A stretch of DNA of 64,000 nucleotides from an uncultured Verrucomicrobiae bacterium (GCA_963702845.1 OY969763.1:736001-800000); one strand, 5' to 3'. Counted from the first letter of the stretch, positions 9,498 through 20,446 are shown. Program-made: numbers and translations. The notes: a model not told the origin generated them from the letters alone.

Positions 9498-12400
9498 ATG
9501 AAAAAACGGATTCTTGGTACGGTTTCTACCCTGGTGGTTTCTCTTTTTGTTTCGACGATGGTGAGCGCACAGACGCCTGCCGGGTTGACGCATAGATGGT
9601 CGGGTGATGGGAATGGCGTCGATAGCGCAGGAACGGCGGATTGTGTGACGTCGAATCTGGTGTTTACGACGGGTCATTCCGGTCAGGCGTTTAGTTTGGA
9701 TGGCACGGTGTTTCCGGATTTCGGCAGCAATGTTTGTGCGTTCGGGTCGGGAAATTTCACGATGGATTTTTGGATTCAGACAACACAAGCGGGCTCAGCA
9801 ACAATCTTCAGACGGCGCGCGTGGTGTAGTCCCGATAATGTGGTGGAATGCGGCCTGAGCGATGGAACGATAATGTTCCAGATGAGCAAGAACCAGGATT
9901 TGGGTTGCTCGGTGCAAAGCACGAAAACGATTAATGATGGGACGTTTCACCACATCGCCATCGTACGGCGTTCGCTCGACCTAGCGGTATATATCGACGG
10001 TGTGATCGATGCGCAATCGACTGCCGCGCAGGTCATCAGCATCACCACGGTGAGTTCTGCGTTTGACGCAGACGGCAATCCGATTGCGGCGCAACCTGAC
10101 TTCATATTGGGTATGAAGTTATGCAACACGGCCCCTGACGGCCCTGACACGCAATTCGTCGGCGCTTTGGACGAGGTCGAGGTCTATAATCGGGCGTTGG
10201 ACGATACCGAAGTGTATTGGCAGGTGCATCCGGGCGTTCCGATAGCGATCGTGAATCAACCGTTCAATCAACGGACGTTGGTGGGCAGGAGCGTGGCGTT
10301 TCATGTGGCGGCGCTTGGTTTGCAGCCGATCTCTTATCAGTGGCGTTTCAACGGTAGCGATATACCTGGGGCGATCTCGAACAACCTCGTGCTTTCGACA
10401 CCGTTGGTGAGTGATTCAGGGACTTATTATTGCGTCATCGACAATCCGGCGGGGCAAGTGAGCAGCCAGCAGGCGACGCTGGGGGTAACGAACTTGAACA
10501 CGCCGAGCGATGCATTGATGGCGAGATGGTCCGGCGAAGGTTCTGCCGTGGATAGCTTCGGCGGCAACAATGGCACGTTGCACAATGTGACGTTTGCGCC
10601 TGGTGTCTTGGGAACGTCGTTCAAATTCAATGGTCATGGCGAGGTGGATTGTCCGAACATGCTGCATGGGATTTTGACGAATGATTTCACGATTGATTTT
10701 TGGATGTTGACGACGAATAAAGGGACCCCAGTCGGATGGGGCGCGACCTGGTCAACGGCGGTGCTCGGCGAAAGGTCGGTATGCCCCGGGTTCGACGTGT
10801 GGGACACTGCGGCATTCCGAACCGGTATTGTCGCTCCATCGAATGGCGGAGCGTCCAACAGCTTTGTGTCTTTTGATCTAGGGACCGGCCATCCACCAGA
10901 TATCACCGGATGGCAAAGTTTTGTCCCGGTGGAGTGCTCGCCTGACACGAGCGCGAGTCCAATCCAAGTGAACGATGGCGTGTTTCACCACGTGGCAGCT
11001 ACGCGTCATGAGCGAGACGTCTCTATTTACCTGGACGGGCGTTGGGTTCAGACAGCAACGACCCGGGTACCGATCAATTATTGCCCGCGTCCAGAGGATC
11101 TGTGGTATGTCCAATTCCAACTAGGTTCAGATCATTGTGATAATTTCAAGGGACAGTTGGACGAAGTGCAGGTGCATAATCGGGCGCTGAGTGATTCGGA
11201 GGTTTACAGCGAATATTCACCCGACCCGGCGTTGGTGATCTTGCGGCAACCACAAGCCAGTGATGTTGTCGAAGGCAAAGGGGCCTCTTTATCCGTCGTG
11301 GTTGCGGGACTGCCGCCATATACGTATCAATGGCAACATAATGGCAGTGATATTTCGGGCGCAACGGACAGTACGTATTCGATCATCAATTCGGCGATAG
11401 GCAATTCAGGGACGTACACAGCAGTGGTCGGCAATTCGCTGCAAACGTTAACAAGTGCGCAGACGCCTTTGTCGGTTTTGGCAAGCAACTCGTTATTGCC
11501 CGGGTTGGTCAACTTGTGGGCGGCCGACGGAAATGCGAACGACTGCGTCGGCCACGCGGAAGTTAGGACCTTCAATAGTGTCTACGCGACGGGAATTTCG
11601 GGTGAAGCGTTCGATATCGGGGAACGAGCTGGTTTTATTGATGAACAGACGGGCAATTTCGGAACGAATGATTTTACGATCTCGCTTTGGGTAAAGTGCC
11701 TCGGTTGGAACCATTATTTTGACAACTGGAACATGGGTTTACCTCGTGGTTGGCCAGGGACAGCGAACGTGGCGCCGCCCAACGACATGCCGCCGGACCC
11801 GCTGACCGGTTTGGAGTCGGCACCGGACGTACGTAACATTCTATCAAAAGGCGAAGGAGAGGTGACCAATTTCACAGCGGGCTTTGCGTTTCGTATGACC
11901 AACGGAGCAATCATGGTTTGCGGAGCCGATGCTGATGGGCACGTGTTTTCACTGCATAACGACGCACCTGCGATGTACAGGTGGAGACCTGATAATACCA
12001 ACTACTATTTCTACGGCCTCGGCAAGTTAGATGACACGAATTTCCACCATGTCGTGGCGGTACGCAGGGCGACGACGACTGTGGAACTGTATTTGGACGG
12101 CACCCTCGTGGGACAGACGAATCTGCCGGCCTTGACGACTTTGGATAATCTGAGCCCGTTGGCTTTGAACGGTGGTCTAGCTTATCTATGGCAATATCCC
12201 GGCGGCGGCAGCGCCGGCTTCGGGCGACGCCCGTTTAATGGTCACGTCGACGACATTGAATTTTATAATCGCGCGCTTTCGGTCGATGAGATCAATGGCC
12301 TCTACCAACGGTCCGCGAACAACCCACAAGTCAACGTGGCGTTGCAAAAGGTCCAGGCGCATGCCGGAGATGTTTTGGTTCTCAAACCGGACCGGGCGAC

Positions 12401-13571
12401 CGGTCCCGGACCGTTGAGTTATCAATGGACGTTTAATGGAGCGGCGATCGCGAATGCGACGGATTCGACATTAACGATCACTGTGGACGCTAACAGTGCC
12501 GGTGATTACGCGTTGGTCGTGAGTAATCCGTACGGCGCGGCGACATGTCCGGTCGCATCGGTGATGCTGGCATTGTCGCCAGGCAGTTACAATGGTTTGT
12601 TTTATTTGGATGATGATGCGACCGATGACACGTCCGGTTACGTCACATTGACAGTGACGACATCGCAAACGTACAGCGGAAGCATACTGCAACACGGCAA
12701 ACATTATCCGTTCACGGGTCACTTCAGCGGTGGCAATTCAGTATCTCCGCGAATCGTTCGCGCGGGCAAAACTCCGTTGAATCTGAACCTGACAATGCCG
12801 GAGGCAGGCAATCTCGACAATATCACTGGCGTGGTCAGCGATGGCCAACATGTGATCCCCGTAAAGGCGCGTCGAGCCGTTTACAGTGTTTCGTCCCCCA
12901 CTCCGCAGGCCGGGAGCTATACGATCGCATTTACGGGAATTCATAGTGCGACCGCGCCGAACGGACATGGATTTGGTAACATCTCGATTTCCAGCAATGG
13001 AAAAATTCAGCTTGGAGCGAGCCTGGCCGATGGCACACCCGCGACTCAGGGTTCGAGCGTGGCGAACTCAGGCGAATGGCCGCTATACATTCCCTTGTAT
13101 GGCAACAAGGGTTCGATGCTCGGTTGGTTATCGTTTACGAATTCCCCCGGGACCCGCTGTGCCGGTAATTTGCGCTGGATCAAACCGCCGGGCGCGGGCG
13201 GCAAGAATTATCAGGGAGGCTTTGCGACGAAGGTGCCTGTGATCGGTTCGACGTTTGTGCCACAAGCTTCCGGTCTTGGAATTGATGTGAGCCATTACAG
13301 CGTCGTGTTGGATGGTGCGAAGATTTTTACGCCGTTGAGTAACCAGATCACGAACTCGACCGGAAATTCGATCAAATTTACTCAAACGGGCGCAAGTGGC
13401 GGTGCGCTAACAGCCAAGCCTGGCACCGGACAGTTCAGCGGAACTTTTGTCCATCCTGTCACTAAACTCAAAACACCTATCAAAGGTGTCGTGCTGCAGA
13501 ATCAGGGCGAAGCCGCGGGATATTTCATCAGCGGCAATTTGAGCGGACGCGTGGTGTTGAAGCAGAATTGA
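9498..13571 (+). CDS. Large secreted LamG (concanavalin-like) / immunoglobulin domain protein
   Basis: Signal peptide MKKRILG...; three LamG units (FHHxAxxR...LDEVxxYNRAL) alternating with Ig units (YQWxxNG...SGTY); ~330-aa C-terminal domain. Confidence 0.85.
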   Translation: MKKRILGTVSTLVVSLFVSTMVSAQTPAGLTHRWSGDGNGVDSAGTADCVTSNLVFTTGHSGQAFSLDGTVFPDFGSNVCAFGSGNFTMDFWIQTTQAGSATIFRRRAWCSPDNVVECGLSDGTIMFQMSKNQDLGCSVQSTKTINDGTFHHIAIVRRSLDLAVYIDGVIDAQSTAAQVISITTVSSAFDADGNPIAAQPDFILGMKLCNTAPDGPDTQFVGALDEVEVYNRALDDTEVYWQVHPGVPIAIVNQPFNQRTLVGRSVAFHVAALGLQPISYQWRFNGSDIPGAISNNLVLSTPLVSDSGTYYCVIDNPAGQVSSQQATLGVTNLNTPSDALMARWSGEGSAVDSFGGNNGTLHNVTFAPGVLGTSFKFNGHGEVDCPNMLHGILTNDFTIDFWMLTTNKGTPVGWGATWSTAVLGERSVCPGFDVWDTAAFRTGIVAPSNGGASNSFVSFDLGTGHPPDITGWQSFVPVECSPDTSASPIQVNDGVFHHVAATRHERDVSIYLDGRWVQTATTRVPINYCPRPEDLWYVQFQLGSDHCDNFKGQLDEVQVHNRALSDSEVYSEYSPDPALVILRQPQASDVVEGKGASLSVVVAGLPPYTYQWQHNGSDISGATDSTYSIINSAIGNSGTYTAVVGNSLQTLTSAQTPLSVLASNSLLPGLVNLWAADGNANDCVGHAEVRTFNSVYATGISGEAFDIGERAGFIDEQTGNFGTNDFTISLWVKCLGWNHYFDNWNMGLPRGWPGTANVAPPNDMPPDPLTGLESAPDVRNILSKGEGEVTNFTAGFAFRMTNGAIMVCGADADGHVFSLHNDAPAMYRWRPDNTNYYFYGLGKLDDTNFHHVVAVRRATTTVELYLDGTLVGQTNLPALTTLDNLSPLALNGGLAYLWQYPGGGSAGFGRRPFNGHVDDIEFYNRALSVDEINGLYQRSANNPQVNVALQKVQAHAGDVLVLKPDRATGPGPLSYQWTFNGAAIANATDSTLTITVDANSAGDYALVVSNPYGAATCPVASVMLALSPGSYNGLFYLDDDATDDTSGYVTLTVTTSQTYSGSILQHGKHYPFTGHFSGGNSVSPRIVRAGKTPLNLNLTMPEAGNLDNITGVVSDGQHVIPVKARRAVYSVSSPTPQAGSYTIAFTGIHSATAPNGHGFGNISISSNGKIQLGASLADGTPATQGSSVANSGEWPLYIPLYGNKGSMLGWLSFTNSPGTRCAGNLRWIKPPGAGGKNYQGGFATKVPVIGSTFVPQASGLGIDVSHYSVVLDGAKIFTPLSNQITNSTGNSIKFTQTGASGGALTAKPGTGQFSGTFVHPVTKLKTPIKGVVLQNQGEAAGYFISGNLSGRVVLKQN

Positions 13572-13764
13572 TCTGCGGGTCCAGAAGTTCGGCGCCCACG
13601 CTGATGGGCTCCTCGGGCACACGGCCATGCATTAGCGCTCGACGATCCGCTTACGATCGCCATCTAGGGCGTGGATTTAATTTGGTCTTCTGAGCAGGTC
13701 CCCATTCTCCAAGTTGCTGCGGGCGTGGACGTCCGTAATCCGCCAAGCAAATCGTTGAAGCCGG

Positions 13765-13780
13765 TGGCACAATCGATGCT
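13765..13780 (+). promoter_or_regulatory. Putative sigma54 (-24/-12) promoter upstream of the hybrid kinase
   Basis: TGGCACAATCGATGCT (GG-N10-GC). Confidence 0.5.
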
Positions 13781-13970
13781 TTCAAATGGCTTGCAAGGGT
13801 GGAGCCTCTTCTAAATATCGGAAGGGGGTATTTGCGTCAGAGTCCTCGCAAGCTATTGAAGTTAACCAAGTTATAACTGATTATTAAAAGCGGAAACCGG
13901 TGGTTTCGATTACGTCGGCGGAAGCGAGTTAATGCGGTTTTGAAAAAGTAAGAAGCGACGAAACAATTCT

Positions 13971-16412
13971 ATGTCCACAGTAACTGAAGGAAATGCAGTC
14001 GCCGACGTGCTCGATGGCAGTTGGCATTTCCAACAGTTTGCCGAGAAGGTGGCTCAGGTTTTTTGGGTGGTGGACGCGCTCACCGGGGATGTGGTTTATC
14101 TCAGTCCGGCATATGAACGGGTGTGGGGACGTAATGGGGAATCACTTTTCGAGGCCCCGGATTCCTGGATTAAAGCAATCCATGAGGATGATCGAGCCCG
14201 CGTTGTTAGTGCTTTTGAGTCGCGCTCATCATCGGAGCGCGAGGAAACGTACCGGATTTTAAGACCGGATGGGGAGATGGGATGGATTCGCCATCGCACG
14301 TTTCCGATCTGCGATGCGGAAGGAACCGTTTGCCGAGTTTTGAACATTGCCGAGGACATCACGGAACGGAAACGGCATGAGCAACAATGGAAAGTGTTGT
14401 CGTGGCTGGGCAGCAGTTTGAACGTCGCGGCAACGGCGATTGAGGCGGCGGATATCATTTTGGATGCAGCGCAGGAGTTGTTTTCGTGGGATTGCGCGAC
14501 GCTGGATCATTACGACGCCGATACGGATATAGTCACGTCTGTGGCGGCGTCGGACACGATCGACGGAAAGCGAATGCAGTGTGAACCTTCTTCTGACCCG
14601 ACACCTTCACCACTGGCGCGCAGCGTTCTAGTGGGCGGGGCGCGGCTTGTCTTGCGGAAGGCGGATGAAGGGACGAGCAACGCAACGCACATGTTTGGGG
14701 ACACATCGCGCCCGTCGAAATCGTTGATGCTGGCACCAATTCGGATGGGGGCGAGAACGGTCGGGATTTTGTCGGTGCAAAGTTATCGCGTGAACGCTTT
14801 CACGAAAGCGGACCTGGATTTGTTGCAACTGTTCGCGGACCACGTGGCAGCGGCGTTGAACCGGATTAAAGCGGAGGAAAAACGGCGGGAAGCGGAAGAG
14901 CGACTGGAGGAACAGGCGGCATTGCTGGAGTTGACGCCGGATGCGGTGATGGTGCGTAGCCTGGATGATCGAATCATTTACTGGAACAAGGGCGCGGAAC
15001 GGTTGTACGGCTGGACGAAACAGGACGTCTTGGGCAAGGCCTCGGTTGAGATGTACAAGGACCGCCAGAAATTTCAGGAGACCGTTACCGCTGTAATTGA
15101 ACAGGGCGAATGGTCGGGGGAATTGGTGAAGTTAACGAAGTCGGGCCGTGAAGTTACGGTGCAATCGCGGAGCACATTGATTTTGGGGCAGGACCACCGA
15201 CCGAAGGCGATCCTGATTATCAACAGCGACGTAACCGATCAGAAAAGATTGGAAGCGCATATGTTGCGAGCGCAACGGTTGGAGAGCATCGGGACGTTGG
15301 CCGGCGGGATTGCGCACGATTTAAATAATGTGCTGGCGCCTATTTTGATGTCGGTGCAGGTGTTGCGGTTGACTGCGAAGACGCCGAAAGAGAACGCAAT
15401 GCTGGACACGCTGGAGAACAGCAGCAAACGCGGAGCGGATTTGGTCGGACAGGTGTTGACGTTTGCGCGCGGATTGGAAAGCAAGCGCGCGGCGATTAAT
15501 TTGCGGCATTTGGCAAAAGAGTTTCAGAAGGTCGTTCTGGATACGTTTCCAAAAAACATTCAGTTCGACTTAATAGATTCGAAGGAACTTTGGACAATTG
15601 AGGCGGACCCGACGCATTTGCACCAGGTGCTGATGAATTTGTGCGTCAATGCGCGAGATGCCATGACGCAGGGTGGCAAGCTGGCGGTGGAGTTGGGCAA
15701 TGCGGTGCTCGCGGAGCCTTATGCGAAAATTCATCCCGATGCGAAACCGGGACCGTATGTGGTGATTACGGTTGAGGATACGGGGACCGGCATTACGCCG
15801 GAGGTTCAGGAAAAGATGTTTGACCCATTTTTCACGACGAAGGAAGTCGGCAAGGGAACGGGGCTGGGGCTTTCGACGGTGTTGACGATTGTGAAGGCGC
15901 ACCATGGATTCATCACTGTTTACAGCGAGATCGGGAGAGGGACGAAATTCAAAATTTACTTTCCGGCCAAGCCTAACCAGCAGGAGTCCGCGGCACCGGT
16001 GGCGACACAATCGAACCTTCTTCCGCACGGCCACGGGGAGACGATCCTGGTGGTGGATGATGAACCGAATTTGCGAATGATAACGCAGGAGACGCTGGAG
16101 ACTTTTGGTTATCGGGTGTTGACGGCGGCTAATGGAGCCGAAGCGGTCGCGCTTTACGCGCAGCATCAGCATGAAATTTCTGTGGTGTTGACGGATATGA
16201 TGATGCCGGTAATGGATGGGCCGGCAACGATTGTGGCACTGCGAGCGATGAATCCGCGGGTGAAGGTGATCGGTTCGAGTGGATTGGGGATGAACGAAAC
16301 GGCTGGACGCACGGTAGCCACAGGGCTGCGTTATTTTGTGCCGAAACCTTATACAGCGGAGCGGTTGTTGAAGATACTGGAGGAGGTTTTGAAGGTAGAG
16401 GCTCGGGACTAG
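13971..16412 (+). CDS. PAS-GAF-PAS hybrid sensor histidine kinase / response regulator (CckA-like architecture)
   Basis: PAS motifs, GAF, H-box AGGIAHDLNN, N/G boxes (NLCVNARDAM, DTGTG, GTGLGL), receiver (LVVDDE...LTDMMMP...KP). Confidence 0.93.
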   Translation: MSTVTEGNAVADVLDGSWHFQQFAEKVAQVFWVVDALTGDVVYLSPAYERVWGRNGESLFEAPDSWIKAIHEDDRARVVSAFESRSSSEREETYRILRPDGEMGWIRHRTFPICDAEGTVCRVLNIAEDITERKRHEQQWKVLSWLGSSLNVAATAIEAADIILDAAQELFSWDCATLDHYDADTDIVTSVAASDTIDGKRMQCEPSSDPTPSPLARSVLVGGARLVLRKADEGTSNATHMFGDTSRPSKSLMLAPIRMGARTVGILSVQSYRVNAFTKADLDLLQLFADHVAAALNRIKAEEKRREAEERLEEQAALLELTPDAVMVRSLDDRIIYWNKGAERLYGWTKQDVLGKASVEMYKDRQKFQETVTAVIEQGEWSGELVKLTKSGREVTVQSRSTLILGQDHRPKAILIINSDVTDQKRLEAHMLRAQRLESIGTLAGGIAHDLNNVLAPILMSVQVLRLTAKTPKENAMLDTLENSSKRGADLVGQVLTFARGLESKRAAINLRHLAKEFQKVVLDTFPKNIQFDLIDSKELWTIEADPTHLHQVLMNLCVNARDAMTQGGKLAVELGNAVLAEPYAKIHPDAKPGPYVVITVEDTGTGITPEVQEKMFDPFFTTKEVGKGTGLGLSTVLTIVKAHHGFITVYSEIGRGTKFKIYFPAKPNQQESAAPVATQSNLLPHGHGETILVVDDEPNLRMITQETLETFGYRVLTAANGAEAVALYAQHQHEISVVLTDMMMPVMDGPATIVALRAMNPRVKVIGSSGLGMNETAGRTVATGLRYFVPKPYTAERLLKILEEVLKVEARD

Positions 16413-16426
16413 GTGGGTTGACGCTG

Positions 16427-17693
16427 TTAATTTGCCGTTGGGTCGGTGACGCGGCCGAGGAAGAGGCAGGCGCCGGTTTCGCGGTGTTGGATGGCGAAAA
16501 GGAAGGGGTGGTCGATGTGGACCACAACAGGTTTCGGTGCTTCCAAGTGTGCTCCTCCTGCCGTAAACATTGCAATCGCTGTCGCTGCGGCAGCTTCAGT
16601 GCCTTTTTCGCCTACTTCCACAAATGTCTTATGGAATATGTCTGAGATGCAGAGGTAATCGTCGCCACGGCGTGGAGCGATTTTGTCGAAGTTGGCGCTT
16701 CCCGGTGGGATGTTAAATGCTTGTTTCATTCCCAGTTTTTCGAAGTTGTCCTTTAATGCGAACAGTGGCGGTTGGAGTTTGAATTTTGGCAGATGGAGAA
16801 CAATTTCTCTGCCCTGCAGTTGACTGCATTTTGTCAGCATCTCGGGCGAGAGTTTGTTCTGCAACGCTTCCAAGCCGTTCAGCGAATGTGGGAGAAGGAT
16901 TAGTAATTGGAGATCGCCGGGCCGATACGAAAGCGTCACTGCGGTAAAGTCGTTGAACTTCTCGTATCCGAAATGATCGGTTTGTTGGACCATTGTAGGC
17001 GCATCGACGGTTTTGCCATTTGGCAGGTGGAAAGGCTGAGGTTTGGTCGCCTCGGTGTGGAATGGTTCGAACCACGGGGCTCTCAAATAGATCGCGTTAA
17101 CGAGAACAAGACGCGTTAAATTATCGAGCGCGTCTGGGGAAATGAGATTTTGGATGCGGTTATGTGTTTGTTTTTCGACCCAGTCGTTAATGTATTTGGC
17201 GAATTGCGCCGCGTGCGAGCGGAAATCGAGAGCTTCGAAAGGAGCGCCGTAGGAGCTTTTCAAGAGTGTCAGGTATGCTGGGCGAAAGTCGTAGCCGGTT
17301 TGGCCAAAGAGCCGGTTGGCGGTGGTCAGGACCATGGGGTCTGACTTGGTGTGCCATTCCTCTTTTTCACGTCGAACCTGCGCCTCGCTGTTGGTGGCAA
17401 TTTGGTGAAGTGATTCGCGCAGGTTGCCGAGCGACTCGCGAATTTTTTCATTGTCGGGATAGTGCAAAACTTTGGCCATTTCGGTTCGGGTGGTGCCGTC
17501 GGCGCCTTCGTAGGCCATGGCCATGGCGCTATGGATGGAGTAGGGGGAGAGGACGGTGTTTTCGTTCGGCTTGGTTTGGCGGAGGAGGTCGATGCCGAGG
17601 GAGTTGATGGCGTTGGCGGCGACATTCGTGCTCGCGGCGGTTGCGGTGAGATGAACGGCAATCAATGAGAGGGTGATCCAAAGCAGTGTTCAT
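16427..17693 (-). CDS. Serpin (serine protease inhibitor); apparent frameshift just after the start codon
   Basis: SPYSI, LVLVNAIY, hinge EKGTEAAAAT, DHPFLFAI. Signal peptide TLLWITLSLIAV lies in the serpin frame but ATG 17693 is out of frame. Confidence 0.9.
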
Positions 17694-17760
17694 GGTCCCG
17701 TCCCGGTTCGTTGTGGGTTGAACCTATACCGTTGGATTCGTCGTTGCAACGCTGGGACAG

Positions 17761-18621
17761 CTAGCTTTGTAAACCATTCAAGTAGGCAAACACAAGGCCC
17801 GGCAACACGGAGCTGTAGCCGCCTTCGAGGATGCTGAACGTTGGCACATTGAATTTACGGATGCGCTCGCCAAGCCATTGGAAGTCTTCGGCTTCTAAGG
17901 TTTCTTGAGCTAAGGGATCGTGGGCGTAGGCGTCGAAGCCAGCGGAGACGGCGATGAGGTCGGGTTTGAATTTTTCGACTTCGGTGAAGGCGCGCTCAAA
18001 GGTTTTGCGGTATTCCTCGCGAGGGGTTCTCGGGGCGACGGGAAAGTTTAAACAGTTTGTCCCGCGATTTGTCTCACCTGTGCCGGGATACGCCGGAAAT
18101 TGATGAATCGAGACGAACAGACAACCGTCTTGGCCGAGCAGGATGTCTTCGGTGCCGTTGCCGTGGTGAACGTCGAAGTCGTAGACGGCGACGCGTTTGA
18201 AGCCTTGCGCTCGTGCTTCGAGGGCGGCGATGGCAATGGAGTTGAAATAACAGAAGCCCATTGCCTGACCGCGGGTGGCGTGATGACCGGGTGGTCGCAT
18301 CAGGCTGAAACCGATTTCGCCGGAACGGGCGCTATGCAATGCTTGCAATGCGCCACCGACGGAGCGTCGCGCGTGATCGGCGATGTTCGGATGCGCAGGC
18401 GTGTCGGCGTCGAAGTCGGTTGCCGAAACAAGGTTTTTGAGATGTTCGGGTGTATGTGCGCGGAGCAAAATGGAATCGTCTACGGGAAGCGGGTCGGCCC
18501 AGGTGAGGTGGAGTGTCTCTTCCCAGCGAAGTTTGTCGACGGTGCGCGAGACGCGTTGCGGACGTTCGGGATGGCCGGGCGAGGAGTATTCGGTGCAACG
18601 CGGGTCGGTAATTATTTTCAT
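17761..18621 (-). CDS. Histone deacetylase family (Zn-dependent) protein
   Basis: HPERP, RPPGHHA, GFCYFN, DFDVHHGNGTE, SAGFDA, LEGGY. Confidence 0.93.
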   Translation of the reverse strand: MKIITDPRCTEYSSPGHPERPQRVSRTVDKLRWEETLHLTWADPLPVDDSILLRAHTPEHLKNLVSATDFDADTPAHPNIADHARRSVGGALQALHSARSGEIGFSLMRPPGHHATRGQAMGFCYFNSIAIAALEARAQGFKRVAVYDFDVHHGNGTEDILLGQDGCLFVSIHQFPAYPGTGETNRGTNCLNFPVAPRTPREEYRKTFERAFTEVEKFKPDLIAVSAGFDAYAHDPLAQETLEAEDFQWLGERIRKFNVPTFSILEGGYSSVLPGLVFAYLNGLQS

Positions 18622-18689
18622 TTTGGACGAATTTCCGCCAAGCACTATACTAATGACATCGAACTGAACAAGGAGTTCCAGACTGGCTC

Positions 18690-19466
18690 ATGAAAGGGAA
18701 ATTCTCTCGCAGAAAATTTTTGTCGTGTTCGCTTTTGGCATCGCCGGCGATTTTAGGCGCGGACGCGTGTATGGTGGAGCCACAATGGCTGAAGGTGAAG
18801 ACGGTCCGGGTTTCGGACGCGCCCACCCATCGCATCGTTCACGTCACGGATATTCATCACAAGGGCGATTGTCCGTATCTGGAGACGGTTGTTAATACGA
18901 TCAATAGTTTGTCGCCGGACGCGGTTTGTTTCACGGGGGATTTGATCGAGAAGGCCCATTATTTGCCGGAAGCGCTGGCTTTCATGCGCAATATCAAGGC
19001 GCCGATTTATGGCGTGCCGGGCAATCACGATTATTGGAGCAAGTGCAAGTTCAGTGACATTGAAGAGTGTTTCGTCAATTCTGGCGGTGCGTGGCTAATG
19101 GATAAGCAGGTGCGCAGTCACGACGGCAAATTGCATTTCACGGGCGCAACGTGTTTGAACTGGGGCAAGCCGCGGGTGCATGCGCCACAAGTCTCGGGCA
19201 AGAACATCATGTTGATGCATTACCCGCTCTTTGTGGAGAAGCTCGCGCCGCATAAGTTCGATTTGATCCTCGCGGGACATTCGCACGGTGGGCAGGTGCG
19301 GATTCCATTTGTGGGGCCGTTGATCGTGCCGTTTTGGGTTGGGCGATATGATATGGGGTTGTACGAAACAGAGGCCGGGCCGTTGTATGTGAACCCGGGG
19401 ATTGGGTATATCGCGACTTCGATCCGGTTTAATTGTCGGCCGGAATTGACGGTGTTTGAAGTGTGA
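18690..19466 (+). CDS. Calcineurin-like metallophosphoesterase with Tat-like N-terminus
   Basis: SRRKFL; TDIH, TGD, GNHD, LAGHSHGGQ motifs. Confidence 0.9.
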   Translation: MKGKFSRRKFLSCSLLASPAILGADACMVEPQWLKVKTVRVSDAPTHRIVHVTDIHHKGDCPYLETVVNTINSLSPDAVCFTGDLIEKAHYLPEALAFMRNIKAPIYGVPGNHDYWSKCKFSDIEECFVNSGGAWLMDKQVRSHDGKLHFTGATCLNWGKPRVHAPQVSGKNIMLMHYPLFVEKLAPHKFDLILAGHSHGGQVRIPFVGPLIVPFWVGRYDMGLYETEAGPLYVNPGIGYIATSIRFNCRPELTVFEV

Positions 19467-19487
19467 GGTTTATAGCCGGCGTTGACC

Positions 19488-19556
19488 GGTAGGGCGAGGC
19501 TCCTGCCGAGCCATTTCCGGGTGCAACGCGATGGGAAAGAAAGGCTCGGCCCTACC
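19488..19556. repeat. GTAG-type REP pair (second copy internally deleted)
   Basis: GGTAGGGCGAGGCTCCTGCCGAGCC ... GGCTCGGCCCTACC in inverted orientation. Confidence 0.6.
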
Positions 19557-20446
19557 TAGAGTTTGCCCTCGTCCTGAAGGCGCTGGACTTCGGCGGTGTA
19601 ACCCTGGCGGAACGTCGGGTATTTCAATTGGCAGCCGAGTTCCATTCTCAATTTGCGATTCAAAACTTTCTTCTGCGTCAACGCGCGTTTGCCTTCGGGT
19701 GTTTCTGTTTCAGGCACGAACTCGGGCATGTCTTTGCCGAGCGTTTCGGACAGCCAACGGAAGAAGTGGATTTGAGGAACGGGTTCGTCGTCGACAGCAT
19801 TGTAGATTTCACCGGGGCGACCGTTCTTTAATGCGGTGATGATGCAGCCCACGACGTCATCGCGATGAATCATGTTCAAGAGGCGATCGCCTTTGCCGGG
19901 AATGGTGGCGTCGTCGGCGAGATACTGTTTGAACAGATGGCCGCGATCGGGTCCGTAAATTCCGGCAACGCGCAGGATGACGGCGGGGAATTTTTTGTCG
20001 CGGACGGCTTTGAGAAGTTCGTTCTCGGTTTGGACGAGGACCTGGGCGGTTTCGGCGACCGGCTGCGTGAGGCTTCCTTCTTTTACCATTGAACCGTCGG
20101 TTTGACCGTAGACGCTGGTGCTACTGGTGTAGACAAATTTTTTGGGAGGCGCGGCGCTGAGCCAATCGATGAGGTTGCGCGTGCCCTCGAGATAGACTTG
20201 TTGATATTGGCTGGGACCGCCGTGACCCGAGGCGGTTGTGTTCACGACCCAATCGAAGCCGGTGGGGAGTTGGTTGAGGCTTTCGCGATTTGAAACGTCA
20301 GCAACGAGCGAGGTGATGCCGGCTTGTTCCAACTCCGCGGAGCGTTTCCCACTGCGCGTCACGCCGCAAACCTCGTGGCCCAATCGAATCAGTTCAACGC
20401 CAAGTGGGAAACCTACATAGCCGCAGCCGACAACTAAAACACGCAT
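19556..20446 (-). CDS. Atypical SDR / NAD-dependent epimerase-dehydratase family protein
   Basis: GCGYVG Rossmann motif, YTSSTSVYG, LRVAGIYGP, IHRDD. Confidence 0.88.
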   Translation of the reverse strand: MRVLVVGCGYVGFPLGVELIRLGHEVCGVTRSGKRSAELEQAGITSLVADVSNRESLNQLPTGFDWVVNTTASGHGGPSQYQQVYLEGTRNLIDWLSAAPPKKFVYTSSTSVYGQTDGSMVKEGSLTQPVAETAQVLVQTENELLKAVRDKKFPAVILRVAGIYGPDRGHLFKQYLADDATIPGKGDRLLNMIHRDDVVGCIITALKNGRPGEIYNAVDDEPVPQIHFFRWLSETLGKDMPEFVPETETPEGKRALTQKKVLNRKLRMELGCQLKYPTFRQGYTAEVQRLQDEGKL

